This document shows, one piece after another, positions 10,572 to 25,500 of a stretch of 64,000 bases of DNA (position 1 is its first letter; each line of letters starts with the position of its first letter). A program made the translations under genes and the position numbers. Source of the stretch: Candidatus Spongiihabitans sp. (lineage in GTDB: Bacteria > Pseudomonadota > Gammaproteobacteria > Arenicellales > Poriferihabitantaceae). The notes below the pieces were generated by a model that worked only from the letters and a program-made list of their open reading frames with translations, was not told the DNA's origin and searched no databases. Where the stretch lies: assembly GCA_965261335.1 (NCBI GenBank), contig OZ253450.1:892347-956346 (forward strand), given 5' to 3'.

Positions 10572-13500
10572 TTAAAACTGAACTTTGCTTTCCAACAGAA
10601 TCCTGTGCTTGGAAGTGTCTCTAGTTTCGCGTTCAACCGATAAATTGATGTTGAATGCTGAATGACGTTTCCAGTTTATGCCTAACTCATAGTCCTTAGA
10701 TTGTCCGCCTAGGGTGGCTTTGCTGTATGGAATCAACATGCCCCTGATACCCGAGACAGACAAACCATAATCCATTCGTGCATTTAAGTGCATAGCGTAG
10801 TCATTACTTGTGCCGTTATTGCTCACGGATGTTTGATCCCGACCATACACTTGTTGCATTCTTATGTCAGTCGCACCGTAGGACGGATTAACACTAAACG
10901 ACAAGCCTTGTTGATTGACATTCGGGGCTTTCTCAATCGTGCCGTGAATACCCCATTCTTGGTAATTATTCTGACCGACTACAGCATGTACCTTACCTTT
11001 AACGACCCAGCCATCGAGATTATGGCGTATTCCAGCACCCAGTACCGCACCCAATCCAGACTCATCATCACCGCTGTCATAGCGTAAGCCCGCTTCTAAT
11101 ACAGGTGTAATCGTGCCGCCTGATGCGAGCGTCCGTTGTCGCTCCGATTCTAAAACCAAACGCAGTCTTTGCTTATTGTCAACTTTGATTGTGTTCTCAA
11201 CATCAGTACGCGCCAGCGAGATGTCGCCTTTCAGGCTCAGCCCAGTCTGTGATAATTTACCCTTTGCACCGCCTGATAAGGAGAGCATGGAGACCTTGCT
11301 GGTCACATTCCCAGTGGACACCTCAGCCCGTCCCTGCCCATAACCGACACTACCCCATAATGACATATCGCCACTTGTCCATGCCATATAAGGGTGAACA
11401 CCGGTCATGTTTTTGAGCTTATAGGCACCATCGGTTCTATTATCGGTGTAATCCGCCTTACCATTACCTAATGACACCAAACCACCGACCAATAAATCAT
11501 CGCGTATGCGACTATCAATACCGACCTGAAAGCCAACTAAACTGCCATTCCAATCAAGACCATCACTCTTACCGCTGAGTTTAGTGTAATCGCCACGACC
11601 CCAGAGGGTCATTCCTGATTGTTCTGAATCAGGGTTGCCAGCCGTATTCAGCGGCAATACAAAAGATGAACGAGACAACATGGCTTTCCAGTCCATGCCG
11701 CCGTCTTTCAATGCTTTCGCATAATGCGGCAGTTTGTTCATCATCGAATCTTGCAGATTATCGCTACCATTCAATTGCACCGTCTGACCATCTAATTGGT
11801 AGCTGGCTAATTGCCGAGCATCCGAGAAAGCAGCGCCTACCCGACCTTCCACCGTACGAGCAACATTGGCAACAAGTGCCTGTGTGAAACGAGCGATAAC
11901 TTGTCGGTGAAACTGTGTGCTATATCGGTCGACCCTGCCTAGAACAAAGGGTGAGAAACTGGTGGTTTCGCCAACAATGGTGTTCGGCGAATCTGGGTCA
12001 ACAAAGCTTTTAAGCTCTGTCCACTTGTCGTTCGTGTAGTGGAATACGACAAGTTCCTCTGCCGATATATCACCTAATTCTACTAGGTCACCACCCGTAT
12101 AGGACAGGCTTACTTTACATGGACTATCGACAGAACAGGCATCGGAGACAGGGTAACCAAAGGCATCTGTAATCACTATATCAACAATCGCATTTTCCAG
12201 CAGATCGACTTTGACGACAGATAGCAAGTGCGAAATAAACTCAAAATCGTCCTTTGCCGTTTCAATATTCAGGGTATTGGAGGCTTTAGTTATAACATCA
12301 TCCGCACTCGCACTCGTAGTAGTCGTGAATGCTCTAATAGTCACCGTAACGGCTTGCGGTACACCAAACTCCACTGTCACAGTTCTCGTTTGATTATCAT
12401 TCGTTGTGATCTGTTTTTGATATTGACCGATGAGCATCGTGATGATAACGGCATCGGATAAGGGGGATGTGTTACCAGCGACATCGGTTGAGCTTGCCGT
12501 GAATGTGTTAGCTCCTTCATCCAGCGTTACAAGTAACGTCCAAGTGCCATTCGTTGCGGTTGTGGTGCCAATAGTGCTTCCATCTTTGAGTACCTCAACA
12601 ATAGAACCCGCATCAGCGGTTCCAGTCAGCGTGAATGATTCTGTGTTGACCGTTTGTGGTGTGCTGGTAGTGATGCTTACTGTAGGTGCAGTCCTGTTAA
12701 TCGTCAATGTGAGCCCGTTAGAAGCGGTGTTGCCATTGCCAGCAATATCCTGAGCAACATCCGCATCAATAGACACTCTGACGTTTCCGTCAGAGGTCGC
12801 TACTACATTAAAGGTGTATGTTCTGCTATCAATTACAGAAAAGATGGTTACAGAAGGACTACCCAAGTTTGCCGTGCCTGTTACCGTAATATCGTTTGTA
12901 TCAAAGCCACTAACCGCCTCTTCAAAGGTGGCTGTGTAGCTCATAGCTCGGTCGCTTATTGTGGCGCCATTACTTCCAGAAGTAGATGTGATGGTTACTC
13001 CGGGTCGGTCAGTGTCCAGCGTGATGATAACGGCTCCAGATGTTCCTTTGTTGCCGATGGTATCGGTTGAGCTTGCCGTGAATGTGTTAGCTCCTTCATC
13101 CAGCGTTACAAGTAACGTCCAAGTGCCATTCGTTGCGGTTTCGGTGCCAATAGGAATTCCGTTTTGGCGTACCGTAACAAGGGAACCCGCATCAGCGGTT
13201 CCAGTCAGCGTGAATGATTCTGTGTTGACCGTTTGTGGTGTGCTGGTAGTGATGCTTACTGTAGGTGCAGTCCTGTTAATCGTCAATGTGAGCCCGTTAG
13301 AAGCGGTGTTGCCATTGCCAGCAATATCCTGAGCAACATCCGCATCAATAGACACTCTGACGTTTCCGTCAGAGGTCGCTACTACATTAAAGGTGTATGT
13401 TCTGCTATCAATTACAGAAAAGATGGTTACAGAAGGACTACCCAAGTTTGCCGTGCCTGTTACCGTAATATCGTTTGTATCAAAGCCACTAACCGCCTCT

Positions 13501-16500
13501 TCAAAGGTGGCTGTGTAGCTCATAGCTCGGTCGCTTATTGTGTCACCATTACTTCCAGAAGTAGATGTGATGGTTACTCCGGGTCGGTCAGTGTCCAGCG
13601 TGATGATAACGGCTCCAGATGTTCCTTTGTTGCCGATGGTATCGGTTGAGCTTGCCGTGAATGTGTTAGCTCCTTCATCCAGCGTTACAAGTAACGTCCA
13701 AGTGCCATTCGTTGCGGTTGTGGTGCCAATAGGAATTCCGTTTTGGCGTACCGTAACAAGGGAACCCGCATCAGCGGTTCCAGTCAGCGTGAATGATTCT
13801 GTGTTGACCGTTTGTGGTGTGCTGGTAGTGATGCTTACTGTAGGTGCAATCCTGTTAATCGTCAATGTGAGCCCGTTAGAAGCGGTGTTGCCATTGCCAG
13901 CAATATCCTGAGCAACATCCGCATCAATAGACACTCTGACGTTTCCGTCAGAGGTCGCTACTACATTAAAGGTGTATGTTCTGCTATCAATTACAGAAAA
14001 GATGGTTACAGAAGGACTACCCAAGTTTGCCGTGCCTGTTACCGTAATATCGTTTGTATCAAAGCCACTAACCGCCTCTTCAAAGGTGGCTGTGTAGCTC
14101 ATAGCTCGGTCGCTTATTGTGTCACCATTACTTCCAGAAGTAGATGTGATGGTTACTCCGGGTCGGTCAGTGTCCAGCGTGATGATAACGGCTCCAGATG
14201 TTCCTTTGTTGCCGATGGTATCGGTTGAGCTTGCCGTGAATGTGTTAGCTCCTTCATCCAGCGTTACAAGTAACGTCCAAGTGCCATTCGTTGCGGTTGT
14301 GGTGCCAATAGTGCTTCCATCTTTGAGTACCTCAACAATAGAACCCGCATCAGCGGTTCCAGTCAGCGTGAATGATTCTGTGTTGACCGTTTGTGGTGTG
14401 CTGGTAGTGATGCTTACTGTAGGTGCAGTCCTGTTAATCGTCAATGTGAGCCCGTTAGAAGCGGTGTTGCCATTGCCAGCAATATCCTGAGCAACATCCG
14501 CATCAATAGACACTCTGACGTTTCCGTCAGAGGTCGCTACTACATTAAAGGTGTATGTTCTGCTATCAATTACAGAAAAGATGGTTACAGAAGGACTACC
14601 CAAGTTTGCCGTGCCTGTTACCGTAATATCGTTTGTATCAAAGCCACTAACCGCCTCTTCAAAGGTGGCTGTGTAGCTCATAGCTCGGTCGCTTATTGTG
14701 GCGCCATTACTTCCAGAAGTAGATGTGATGGTTACTCCGGGTCGGTCAGTGTCCAGCGTGATGATAACGGCTCCAGATGTTCCTTTGTTGCCGATGGTAT
14801 CGGTTGAGCTTGCCGTGAATGTGTTAGCTCCTTCATCCAGCGTTACAAGTAACGTCCAAGTGCCATTCGTTGCGGTTGTGGTGCCAATAGTGCTTCCATC
14901 TTTGAGTACATCAACAGTGGAACCCGCATCAGCGGTTCCAGTCAGCGTGAATGAGCCTGCGTTAACCGTTTGTGGTGTGCTGGTAATGGATACACTCGGT
15001 GCGGTGCCGTCAATCGTCAATGTGAACCCGTTAGAAGCGGTGTTGCCATTGCCAGCAATATCCTGAGCAACATCCGCACCAATAGACACGATGACGTTTC
15101 CGTCAGAGGAGGCTTCTACATTAAAGGTGTATGTTCTGCTATCAGCACTTGCGGAAAAGATGGTTACAGAAGGACTATCCAAGCTTGCCGTGCCTGTTAC
15201 CGTAATATCGTTTGTATCAAAGCCACTAACCGCCTCTTCAAAGGTGGCTGTGTAGCTCATAGCTCGGTCGCTTATTGTGGCGCCATTACTTCCAGAAGTA
15301 GATGTGATGGTTACTCCGGGTCGGTCAGTGTCCAGCGTGATGATAACGGCTCCAGATGTTCCTTTGTTGCCGATGGTATCGGTTGAGCTTGCCGTGAATG
15401 TGTTAGCTCCTTCATCCAGCGTTACAAGTAACGTCCAAGTGCCATTCGTTGCGGTTGTGGTGCCAATAGTGCTTCCATCTTTGAGTACATCAACAGTGGA
15501 ACCCGCATCAGCGGTTCCAGTCAGCGTGAATGAGCCTGCGTTAACCGTTTGTGGTGTGCTGGTAATGGATACACTCGGTGCGGTGCCGTCAATCGTCAAT
15601 GTGAACCCGTTAGAAGCGGTGTTGCCATTGCCAGCAATATCCTGAGCAACATCCGCACCAATAGACACGATGACGTTTCCGTCAGAGGAGGCTTCTACAT
15701 TAAAGGTGTATGTTCTGCTATCAGCACTTGCGGAAAAGATGGTTACAGAAGGACTATCCAAGCTTGCCGTGCCTGTTACCGTAATATCGTTTGTATCAAA
15801 GCCACTAACCGCCTCTTCAAAGGTGGCTGTGTAGCTCATAGCTCGGTCGCTTATTGTGGCGCCATTACTTCCAGAAGTAGATGTGATGGTTACTCCGGGT
15901 CGGTCAGTGTCCAGCGTGATGATAACGGCTCCAGATGTTCCTTTGTTGCCGATGGTATCGGTTGAGCTTGCCGTGAATGTGTTAGCTCCTTCATCCAGCG
16001 TTACAAGTAACGTCCAAGTGCCATTCGTTGCGGTTGTGGTGCCAATAGTACCTCCGTTTTGGAATACCTCAACAGTGGAACCCGCATCAGCGGTTCCAGT
16101 CAGCGTGAATGAGCCTGTGTTGACCGATTGTGGTGTGCGGGTAGTGATGATTACTGTAGGTGCAGTCCTGTCAATCGTCAATGAGTGGTTACTAGAAGCG
16201 GTGTTGCCATTGCCAGCAATATCCTGAGCAACATCCGCATCAATAGACACGATGACGTTTCCGTCAGAGGTGGCTTCTACATTAAAGGTGTATGTTCTGC
16301 TATCAGTTGCGGAAAAGCCGGATATAACAGTAGCAGTAGCACTACCCGAGATCGCCGTGCCTGTTACCGTAATATCGCCTTCATCAAAGCCATTAACTGC
16401 CTCAGTAAAGATGGCTGTGTAGCTCAGAGCTCGGTCGCTTATTGTGGCGCCATTACTTCCAGAAGTAGATGTGATGGTTACTCCGGGTCGGTCAGTGTCC

Positions 16501-19500
16501 AGCGTGATGATAACGGCTCCAGATGTTCCTTTGTTGCCGATGGTATCGGTTGAGCTTGCCGTGAATGTGTTAGCTCCTTCATCCAGCGTTACAAGTAACG
16601 TCCAAGTGCCATTCGTTGCGGTTGTGGTGCCAATAGTACCTCCGTTTTGGAATACCTCAACAGTGGAACCCGCATCAGCGGTTCCAGTCAGCGTGAATGA
16701 GCCTGTGTTGACCGATTGTGGTGTGCGGGTAGTGATGATTACTGTAGGTGCAGTCCTGTCAATCGTCAATGCGTAGTTGCTGGAAGCGGTGTTGCCATTG
16801 CCAGCAATATCATGAGCAACATCCGCACCAATGGATACGGTGACGCTTCCGTCAACGGTGGTTACTACATTAAAGGTGAATGTGCTGTTATCAGCACTTG
16901 CGGAAAAGCCGGATATAACAGTAGCAGTAGCACTACCCGAGATCGCCGTGCCTGTTACCGTAATATCGCCTTCATTAAAGCCACTAACTGCCTCAGTAAA
17001 GATGGCTGTGTAGCTCAGAGCTCGGTCGCTTATTGTGGCGCCATTACTTCCAGAAGTAGATGTGATGGTTACTCCGGGTCGGCCAGTGTCCAGCGTGATG
17101 ATAACGGCTTCGGTTGCCTCTGATGTGTTGCCAGTGCTATCGGTTGCGGTTGCCGTGAATGTGTTGGCTCCATCAGTCAGCCTTACCAGTAACGTCCAAT
17201 CACGAGTCGTTGTTGCGGTTGTGGTGCCAATAGTACCTCCGTTTTGGAATACCTCAACAGTGGAATCCGCATCAGCGGTTCCAGTCAGCGTGAATGATTC
17301 TGTGTTGACCGATTGTGGTGTGTTGGTAATGGATACACTCGGTGCGGTGCGGTCAATCGTCAATGTGAACCCGTTAGAAGCGGTGTTGCCATTGCCAGCA
17401 ATATCCTGAGCAACATCCGCATCAATAGACACTCTGACGTTTCCGTCAGTGGTCGCTACTACATTAAAGGTGTATGTTCTGCTATCAATTACAGAAAAGA
17501 TGGTTACAGCAGGACTACCCAAGTTTGCCGTGCCTGTTACCGTAATATCGTTTGTATCAAAGCCATTAACTGCCTCATCAAAGATGGCTGTGTAGCTCAG
17601 AGTGCGGGTGTTTATTGTGGCGCCATTACTTCCAGAAGCAGATGAGATGGTTACTCCGGGTCGGACAGTGTCCAGCGTGATGATAACGGCATCGGTTGCC
17701 TCTGATGTGTTGCCATTGTTATCGGTTGCCGTTGCCGTGAATGTGTTGGCTCCATCAGTCAGCGTTACCAGTAACGTCCAAGTACCACCCGTTGCGGTTG
17801 TGGTGCCAATAGAACCTCCGTTTTGGAATACCTCAACAGTGGAACCCGCCTCATCAGCGGTTCCAGTCAGCGTGAATGATTCTGTGTTGACCGTTTGTGG
17901 TGTGTTGGTAGTGATGCTTACTGTAGGTGCAGTGCTGTCAATCGTCAATGAGTGGTTGTTAGAAGCGGTGTTGCCATTGCCAGCACTATCTTGTGCAACC
18001 CCTGCGGCAATGGATACGGTGACGTTTCCGTCAGTGGTGGCTTCTACATTAAAGGTGTATGTTCTGCTATCAGTTGCGGAAAAGCCGGATATAACAGTAG
18101 CAGTAGCACTACCCGAGATCGCCGTGCCTGTTACCGTAATATCGCCTTCATCAAAGCCATTAACTGCCTCATCAAAGATGGCTGTGTAGCTCAGAGTGCG
18201 GGTGTTTGCTGTGCCACCATCACCTCCAGAAGTAGATGTGATGGTTACTCCAGGTCGGCCAGTGTCCAGCGTGATGATAACGGCATCGGTTGCGTCTGAT
18301 GTGTTGCCATTGTTATCGGTTGCCGTTGCCGTGAATGTGTTGGCTCCATCAGTCAGCGTTACCAGTAACGTCCAAGTACCACCCGTTGCGGTTTCGGTGC
18401 CAATAGGAATTCCGTTTTGGCGTACCTTAACAAGGGAACCCGCCTCAGCGGTTCCAGTCAGCGTGAATGAGCCTGCGTTGACCGATTGTGGTGTGTTGGT
18501 AATGGATACACTCGGTGCGGTGCGGTCAATCGTCAATGTGAACCCGTTAGAAGCGGTGTTGCCATTGCCAGCAATATCCTGAGCAACATCCGCATCAATA
18601 GACACGATGACGTTTCCGTCAGAGGAGGCTTCTACATTAAAGGTGTATGTTCTGCTATCAGCACTTGCGGAAAAGATGGTTACAGAAGGACTATCCAAGC
18701 TTGCCGTGCCTGTTACCGTAATATCGCCTTCATCAAAGCCATTAACTGCCTCATCAAAGATGGCTGTGTAGCTCAGAGCCCGGTCGCTTGTTATGGCACC
18801 ATTACCTCCAGAAGCAGATGTGATGGCTACTCCGGGTCCGTCAGTGTCCAACGTGATGATAACCTCACCAGATGTTCCTGTGTTGCCAGCGCCATTGGTT
18901 GAGCTTGCCGTGAATGTGTTGACTCCATCAGTCAGCGTTACAAGTAACGTCCAAGTACCATTTGTTGCGGTTGTGGTGCCAATAGTGCTTCCATCTTTGA
19001 GTACATCAACAGTGGAACCCGCCTCAGCGGTTCCAGTCAGCGTGAATGAGCCTGTGTTGACCGATTGTGGTGTGCGGGTAGTGATGATTACTGTAGGTGC
19101 AGTCCTGTCAATCGTCAATGAGTGGTTACTAGAAGCGGTGTTGCCATTGCCAGCAAGATCCTGAGCAAGATCCGCACCAATAGACACGATGACGTTTCCG
19201 TCAGAGGTGGCTTCTACATTAAAGGTGTATGTTCTGCTATCAATTACAGAAAAGCTGGTTACAGAAGGACTACCCAAGATTGCCGTGCCTGTTACCGTAA
19301 TATCGCCTTCATCAAAGCCATTAACTGCCTCAGTAAAGATGGCTGTGTAGCTCAGAGTGCGGGTGTTTGTTGTGGCACCATTACCTCCAGAAGCAGATGT
19401 GATGGTTACTCCGGGTCGGCCAGTGTCCAGCGTGATGATAACGGCTTCGGTTGCCTCTGATGTGTTGCCAGTGCTATCGGTTGCGGTTGCCGTGAATGTG

Positions 19501-22500
19501 TTGGCTCCATCAGTCAGCCTTACCAGTAACGTCCAATCACGAGTCGTTGTTGCGGTTGTGGTGCCAATAGTACCTCCGTTTTGGAATACCTCAACAGTGG
19601 AATCCGCATCAGCGGTTCCAGTCAGCGTGAATGATTCTGTGTTGACCGATTGTGGTGTGTTGGTAATGGATACACTCGGTGCGGTGCGGTCAATCGTCAA
19701 TGTGAACCCGTTAGAAGCGGTGTTGCCATTGCCAGCAATATCCTGAGCAACATCCGCATCAATAGACACTCTGACGTTTCCGTCAGTGGTCGCTACTACA
19801 TTAAAGGTGTATGTTCTGCTATCAATTACAGAAAAGATGGTTACAGCAGGACTACCCAAGTTTGCCGTGCCTGTTACCGTAATATCGTTTGTATCAAAGC
19901 CATTAACTGCCTCATCAAAGATGGCTGTGTAGCTCAGAGTGCGGGTGTTTATTGTGGCGCCATTACTTCCAGAAGCAGATGAGATGGTTACTCCGGGTCG
20001 GACAGTGTCCAGCGTGATGATAACGGCATCGGTTGCCTCTGATGTGTTGCCATTGTTATCGGTTGCCGTTGCCGTGAATGTGTTGGCTCCATCAGTCAGC
20101 GTTACCAGTAACGTCCAAGTACCACCCGTTGCGGTTGTGGTGCCAATAGAACCTCCGTTTTGGAATACCTCAACAGTGGAACCCGCCTCATCAGCGGTTC
20201 CAGTCAGCGTGAATGATTCTGTGTTGACCGTTTGTGGTGTGTTGGTAGTGATGCTTACTGTAGGTGCAGTGCTGTCAATCGTCAATGAGTGGTTGTTAGA
20301 AGCGGTGTTGCCATTGCCAGCACTATCTTGTGCAACCCCTGCGGCAATGGATACGGTGACGTTTCCGTCAGTGGTGGCTTCTACATTAAAGGTGTATGTT
20401 CTGCTATCAGTTGCGGAAAAGCCGGATATAACAGTAGCAGTAGCACTACCCGAGATCGCCGTGCCTGTTACCGTAATATCGCCTTCATTAAAGCCATTAA
20501 CTGCCTCATCAAAGATGGCTGTGTAGCTCAGAGTGCGGGTGTTTATTGTGGCGCCATCACCTCCAGAAGTAGATGTGATGGTTACTCCAGGTCGGCCAGT
20601 GTCCAGCGTGATGATAACGGCTTCGGTTGCCTTTGATGTGTTGCCATTGTTATCGGTTGCCGTTGCCGTGAATGTGTTGGCTCCATCAGTCAGCGTTACC
20701 AGTAACGTCCAAGTACCACCCGTTGCGGTTTCGGTGCCAATAGGAATTCCGTTTTGGCGTACCTTAACAAGGGAACCCGCCTCAGCGGTTCCAGTCAGCG
20801 TGAATGAGGCTGCGTTGACCGTTTGTGGTGTGCTGGTGGTAATGAGTACACCCGGTGCCATGCTGTCAATCGTCAATGCGTAGTTGCTGGAAGCGGTGTT
20901 GCCATTGCCAGCAATATCCTGAGCAACATCCGCATCAATAGACACGATGACGTTTCCGTCAGAGGTGGCTTCTACATTAAAGGTGTATGTTCTGCTATCA
21001 GTTGCGGAAAAGCCGGATATAACAGTAGCAGTAGCACTACCCGAGATCGCCGTGCCTGTTACCGTAATATCGCCTTCATTAAAGCCACTAACTGCCTCAC
21101 TAAAGATGGCTGTGTAGCTCAGAGTGCGGGTGTTTATTGTGGCGCCATTACTTCCAGAAGTAGATGTGATGGTTACTCCGGGTCGGACAGTGTCCAGCGT
21201 GATGATAACGGCATCGGTTGCGTCTGATGTGTTGCCATTGCTATCGGTTGCCGTTGCCGTGAATGTGTTGGCTCCATCAGTCAGCGTTACCAGTAACGTC
21301 CAAGTACCACCCGTTGCGGTTTCGGTGCCAATAGAATTTCCGTTTTGTGATACCTCAACAGTGGAACCCGCCTCAGCGTTTCCAGTCAGCGTGAATGAGC
21401 CTGCGTTAACCGTTTGTGGTGTGCTGGTAATGATTACACTCGGTGCAGTGCTGTCAATCGTCAATGAGTGGTTCCCAGAAGCGGTGTTGCCATTGCCAGC
21501 AATATCCTGAGCAACATCCGCATCAATAGACACGATGACGTTTCCGTCAGAGGTGGCTTCTACATTAAAGGTGTATGTTCTGCTATCAGTTGCGGAAAAG
21601 CCGGATATAACAGTAGCAGTAGCACTACCCGAGATCGCCGTGCCTGTTACCGTAATATCGCCTTCATCAAAGCCATTAACTGCCTCACTAAAGATGGCTG
21701 TGTAGCTCAGAGTGCGGGTGTTTATTGTGGCGCCATTACTTCCAGAAGTAGATGTGATGGTTACTCCGGGTCGGTCAGTGTCCAGCGTGATGATAACGGC
21801 ATCGGTTGCGTCTGATGTGTTGCCAGTGCTATCGGTTGCGGTTGCGGTGAATGTATTCGCTCCCTCCTCTAGCGTGACGGTGATTGTCCAAGTGCCATTC
21901 GTTGCGGTGACAGTGCCAAGAGAACTTCCATCTTTGAGTACATCAACAGTGGAACCCGCATCAGCGGTTCCAGTCAGCGTGAATGAGCCTGCGTTAACCG
22001 TTTGTGGTGTGCTGGTAATGATTACACTCGGTGCAGTGCTGTCAATCGTCAATGAGTGGTTCCCAGAAGCGGTGTTGCCATTGCCAGCAATATCCTGAGC
22101 AACATCCGCATCAATAGACACGATGACGTTTCCGTCAGAGGTGGCTTCTACATTAAAGGTGTATGTTCTGCTATCAGTTGCGGAAAAGCCGGATATAACA
22201 GTAGCAGTAGCACTACCCGAGATCGCCGTGCCTGTTACCGTAATATCGCCTTCATCAAAGCCACTAACTGCCTCACTAAAGATGGCTGTGTAGCTCAGAG
22301 TGCGGGTGTTTGCTGTGCCACCATCATCTCCAGAAGTAGATGAGATGGTTACGCTCGGTGCAACACTGTCCAGTGTGATGATAACCGGATCAGATGGGTT
22401 TGATGGTCCGTTTCCAACGACATCGGTTGCCGTTGCCGTAATTGTGTTGGCACCCGCTTCTAGCGTGACGCTGATTGTCCAAGAGCCATTCGTTGCGGTT

Positions 22501-25500
22501 GTAGTTGCACCAGCAATTTCAATACCGCTACGCAATAGTTGTACGATGGAATCCGACTCAGCAGAGCCTTCAAGCGTAACTGATACTGTGTTAGTGGCTT
22601 GTGTTACAGTGCTAATGGCTGGTTTGCCCGGTTTGGTACTGTCCAGTGTGATGATAGTGCTAAGGGATGGGAGGCTTGGTGGTCTGTTTCCAGCGGCATC
22701 GGTTGCGATTGCAGTGAATGTATTCGCTCCCTCCTCTAGCGTGACGGTGATTGTCCAAGTGCCATTCGTTGCGGTGACAGTGCCAAGAGAACTTCCATCT
22801 TTGCGTACCTCAACAGTGGAACCCGCATCAGCGTTTCCAGTCAGCGTGAATGATTCTGTGGTGACCGTTTGTGGTGTGGTGCTGATAATCGGGGTGGTTA
22901 GTGGTACCCCATTGACGGTGATGGTGATCATGGCGGCAGCCGAACCATGAGTATTGGTCGCAGTGATGGTGTAGGTGGTTAAAGTTGCAATCGCCGTTGG
23001 TGTACCTGAGATAGTGCCAGTGGCGGTGTCCAGTGTCAGTCCATCGGGGAGTGTTGAATCGATACTGTAGCTCTCAACCACACCGCCTGATGAGGCGATG
23101 GTTATATCCGCAATAGCAGTACCCACCGTGGCAACCAGCGTATTGGTGCTGATGCTGATGCTCGGGGGGACTTGTGGTGCCGCATTGACGGTGATGGCTA
23201 CCGTCGCTGTAGCCGAACCAGCACCATTGGTTGCAGTGATGACGTAGGTAGTTGAACCTGCCTCCGCCAATGGCGTACCCGAGATGGTGCCAGTGTCTGT
23301 GCCAAATGATAGTCCATTACCAATCTCTGGTTCGATGCCGTAGCTGGAAACCATACCGCCTGCTGTCTCATCAATGGTTATAGGCGTGATAGTAGTACCC
23401 GCTGTGGCAACCAGCGTATTGGTGCTGATACTGATAATCGGGGCGACATCATTGACGGTGACCGTGAAGGTCTGCGTAGCCGTTAGACCGCCACCATCGC
23501 GGGCAATCACGGTGATGATGGCTGTCCCTGATGTGACCGAGGTAACGGTAACAGAACCACCCGTAGCGGTAGCGGTGGCAATGTTCGGGTTATCGGACGT
23601 GGCACTGTAGAACAGGTCATCACCATCAATGTCATTGAAGTTATTGCGAACCGTAATCGTCTTACTTTCATCAACACTTAACGTTAAGGTGATGGAATCA
23701 ATGGTACCTTCTTTGACTGGAGCCCTGTTGTTCAGTGTGATGATAACCGGATCAGATGGGTTTGATGGTCCGTTTCCAACGGCATCGGTTGCGGTTGCCG
23801 TAATTGTGTTGGCACCCGCTTCTAGCGTGACGGTAATTGTCCAAGAGCCATTCGTTGCGGTTGTAGTTGCACCAGCAATTTCAATACCGCTACGCAATAG
23901 TTGTACGATGGAACCCATCTCAGCAACGCCTTCAAGCGTAACGGATACCGTGTTAGTGGCTTGTGTTGCAGTGCTAATGGCTGGTTTGATCGGATCTGTG
24001 TTGTCCAGTGTGATGACAGTGGCAAGGGATGGGAGGCTTGGTGGTCTGTTTTCAGTGGCATCGGTTGCGATTGCCGAGAATATGTTGGGTCCCGCTATCA
24101 GCGTGACGGTGATTGTCCAAGAGCCATTCGTTGTTGCGGTTGTGCTATCAAGAATATCCGTCTCCAGATCCCCTCTGTATAGATTCACAATAGAACCCGC
24201 ATCAGCGGTGCCACTAACAAGAAATGATGCCGCCTCTGCCGGTCCGACCGTTTTGCTTGTGGTGCTGATACTCGGGGTGGTTAGTGGTACCCCATTGACG
24301 GTGATGGTGATGGTTCCACTATCCGTACCACTACGATTAGTGGCTGTGATAGTGTAGGTGGTTAAAGTTGCAATCGCCGTTGGTGTACCTGATATAGTGC
24401 CAGTGGCGGTGTCAAATAACAAGTCATTCTCAATGGGCGGAACGATGCTATAGCTGTCAACCACGCGACCGTTTTTGGCGATGGTTATCGGTGTGATAGC
24501 GATACCCACTGTGGCAATTAGCGTATTGGTGCTGATACTGATACTTGGTACTAATAATTCAACGATGGTTACTCTAATTTGCTGTGTACTGACTGGCGAT
24601 ATTCCGTCCGATACGGTTACCAGAACGCTATATTCTTGGTCTGCATTCGGGTCAAATTCTCCCATAGCGTTTCTTGGGTTGTCATAATCTGGAATATAGC
24701 CGGCTTTGAAGCTTAATGTTCTTGTGTTTCCTGTTCCAGTTATCTCAAACAGTATGGCATCGTCATCTGAAAGCGTATAGGTCAAAGTATCACTTGTATC
24801 CCCATCCGTCGCGGTGATGGTGGTTACTTGCTGTGTGTTTTCGTATATTGTTAGTTCATACGGAGAAACACCATTGTTAGAGGTAATCTTGGGTTTATGA
24901 TTGGCGACAAGGGTCAACTCTTGCTGATTGTTTGTTCCAAATGAGCCAGTAGCCGCTATGGTAATGTGATATGAAGTTTTTCCAGCGGGTGGTACGTCGT
25001 TTATGGTCAGAACACCTGCTGAAGTTAGGGTAAACAGACCGACATCCGCTCCGCCGACGAGCGTATAGGTCGGGTTGTGACCACTTAAAACACTATTTTG
25101 AGCCGTAAACCGAGTTATTTCGGCTCCGGCACCCAGTGTTGGGTCCACGGTTGCATCCTCAGTGGTGATATACCAAGCACCTAGGTTTTGACTAAAAGCA
25201 GGTGTGTTGTTATGAAGCATATTATTCATATCCGTTACACCGCGGACATCCCAACGGCTAATGTCTTGGTTAAAGGCAGTGGCACTAGCAAACATCCACG
25301 TCATATTGGTCACATTGCTGACATCCCAATCACCAATATCTTGGTTAAATTCGTCAGTATATTCAAACAGCGTGCCCATATTTTCAACATTGCTGACATC
25401 CCAATTACCAATGTCTTGATTAAAGCTTTCAGCATATCTAAACATACCCCACATATCTATTACCCGAGACAAATCAGGTCGGTCGGTTGCTTGTCCTTCT

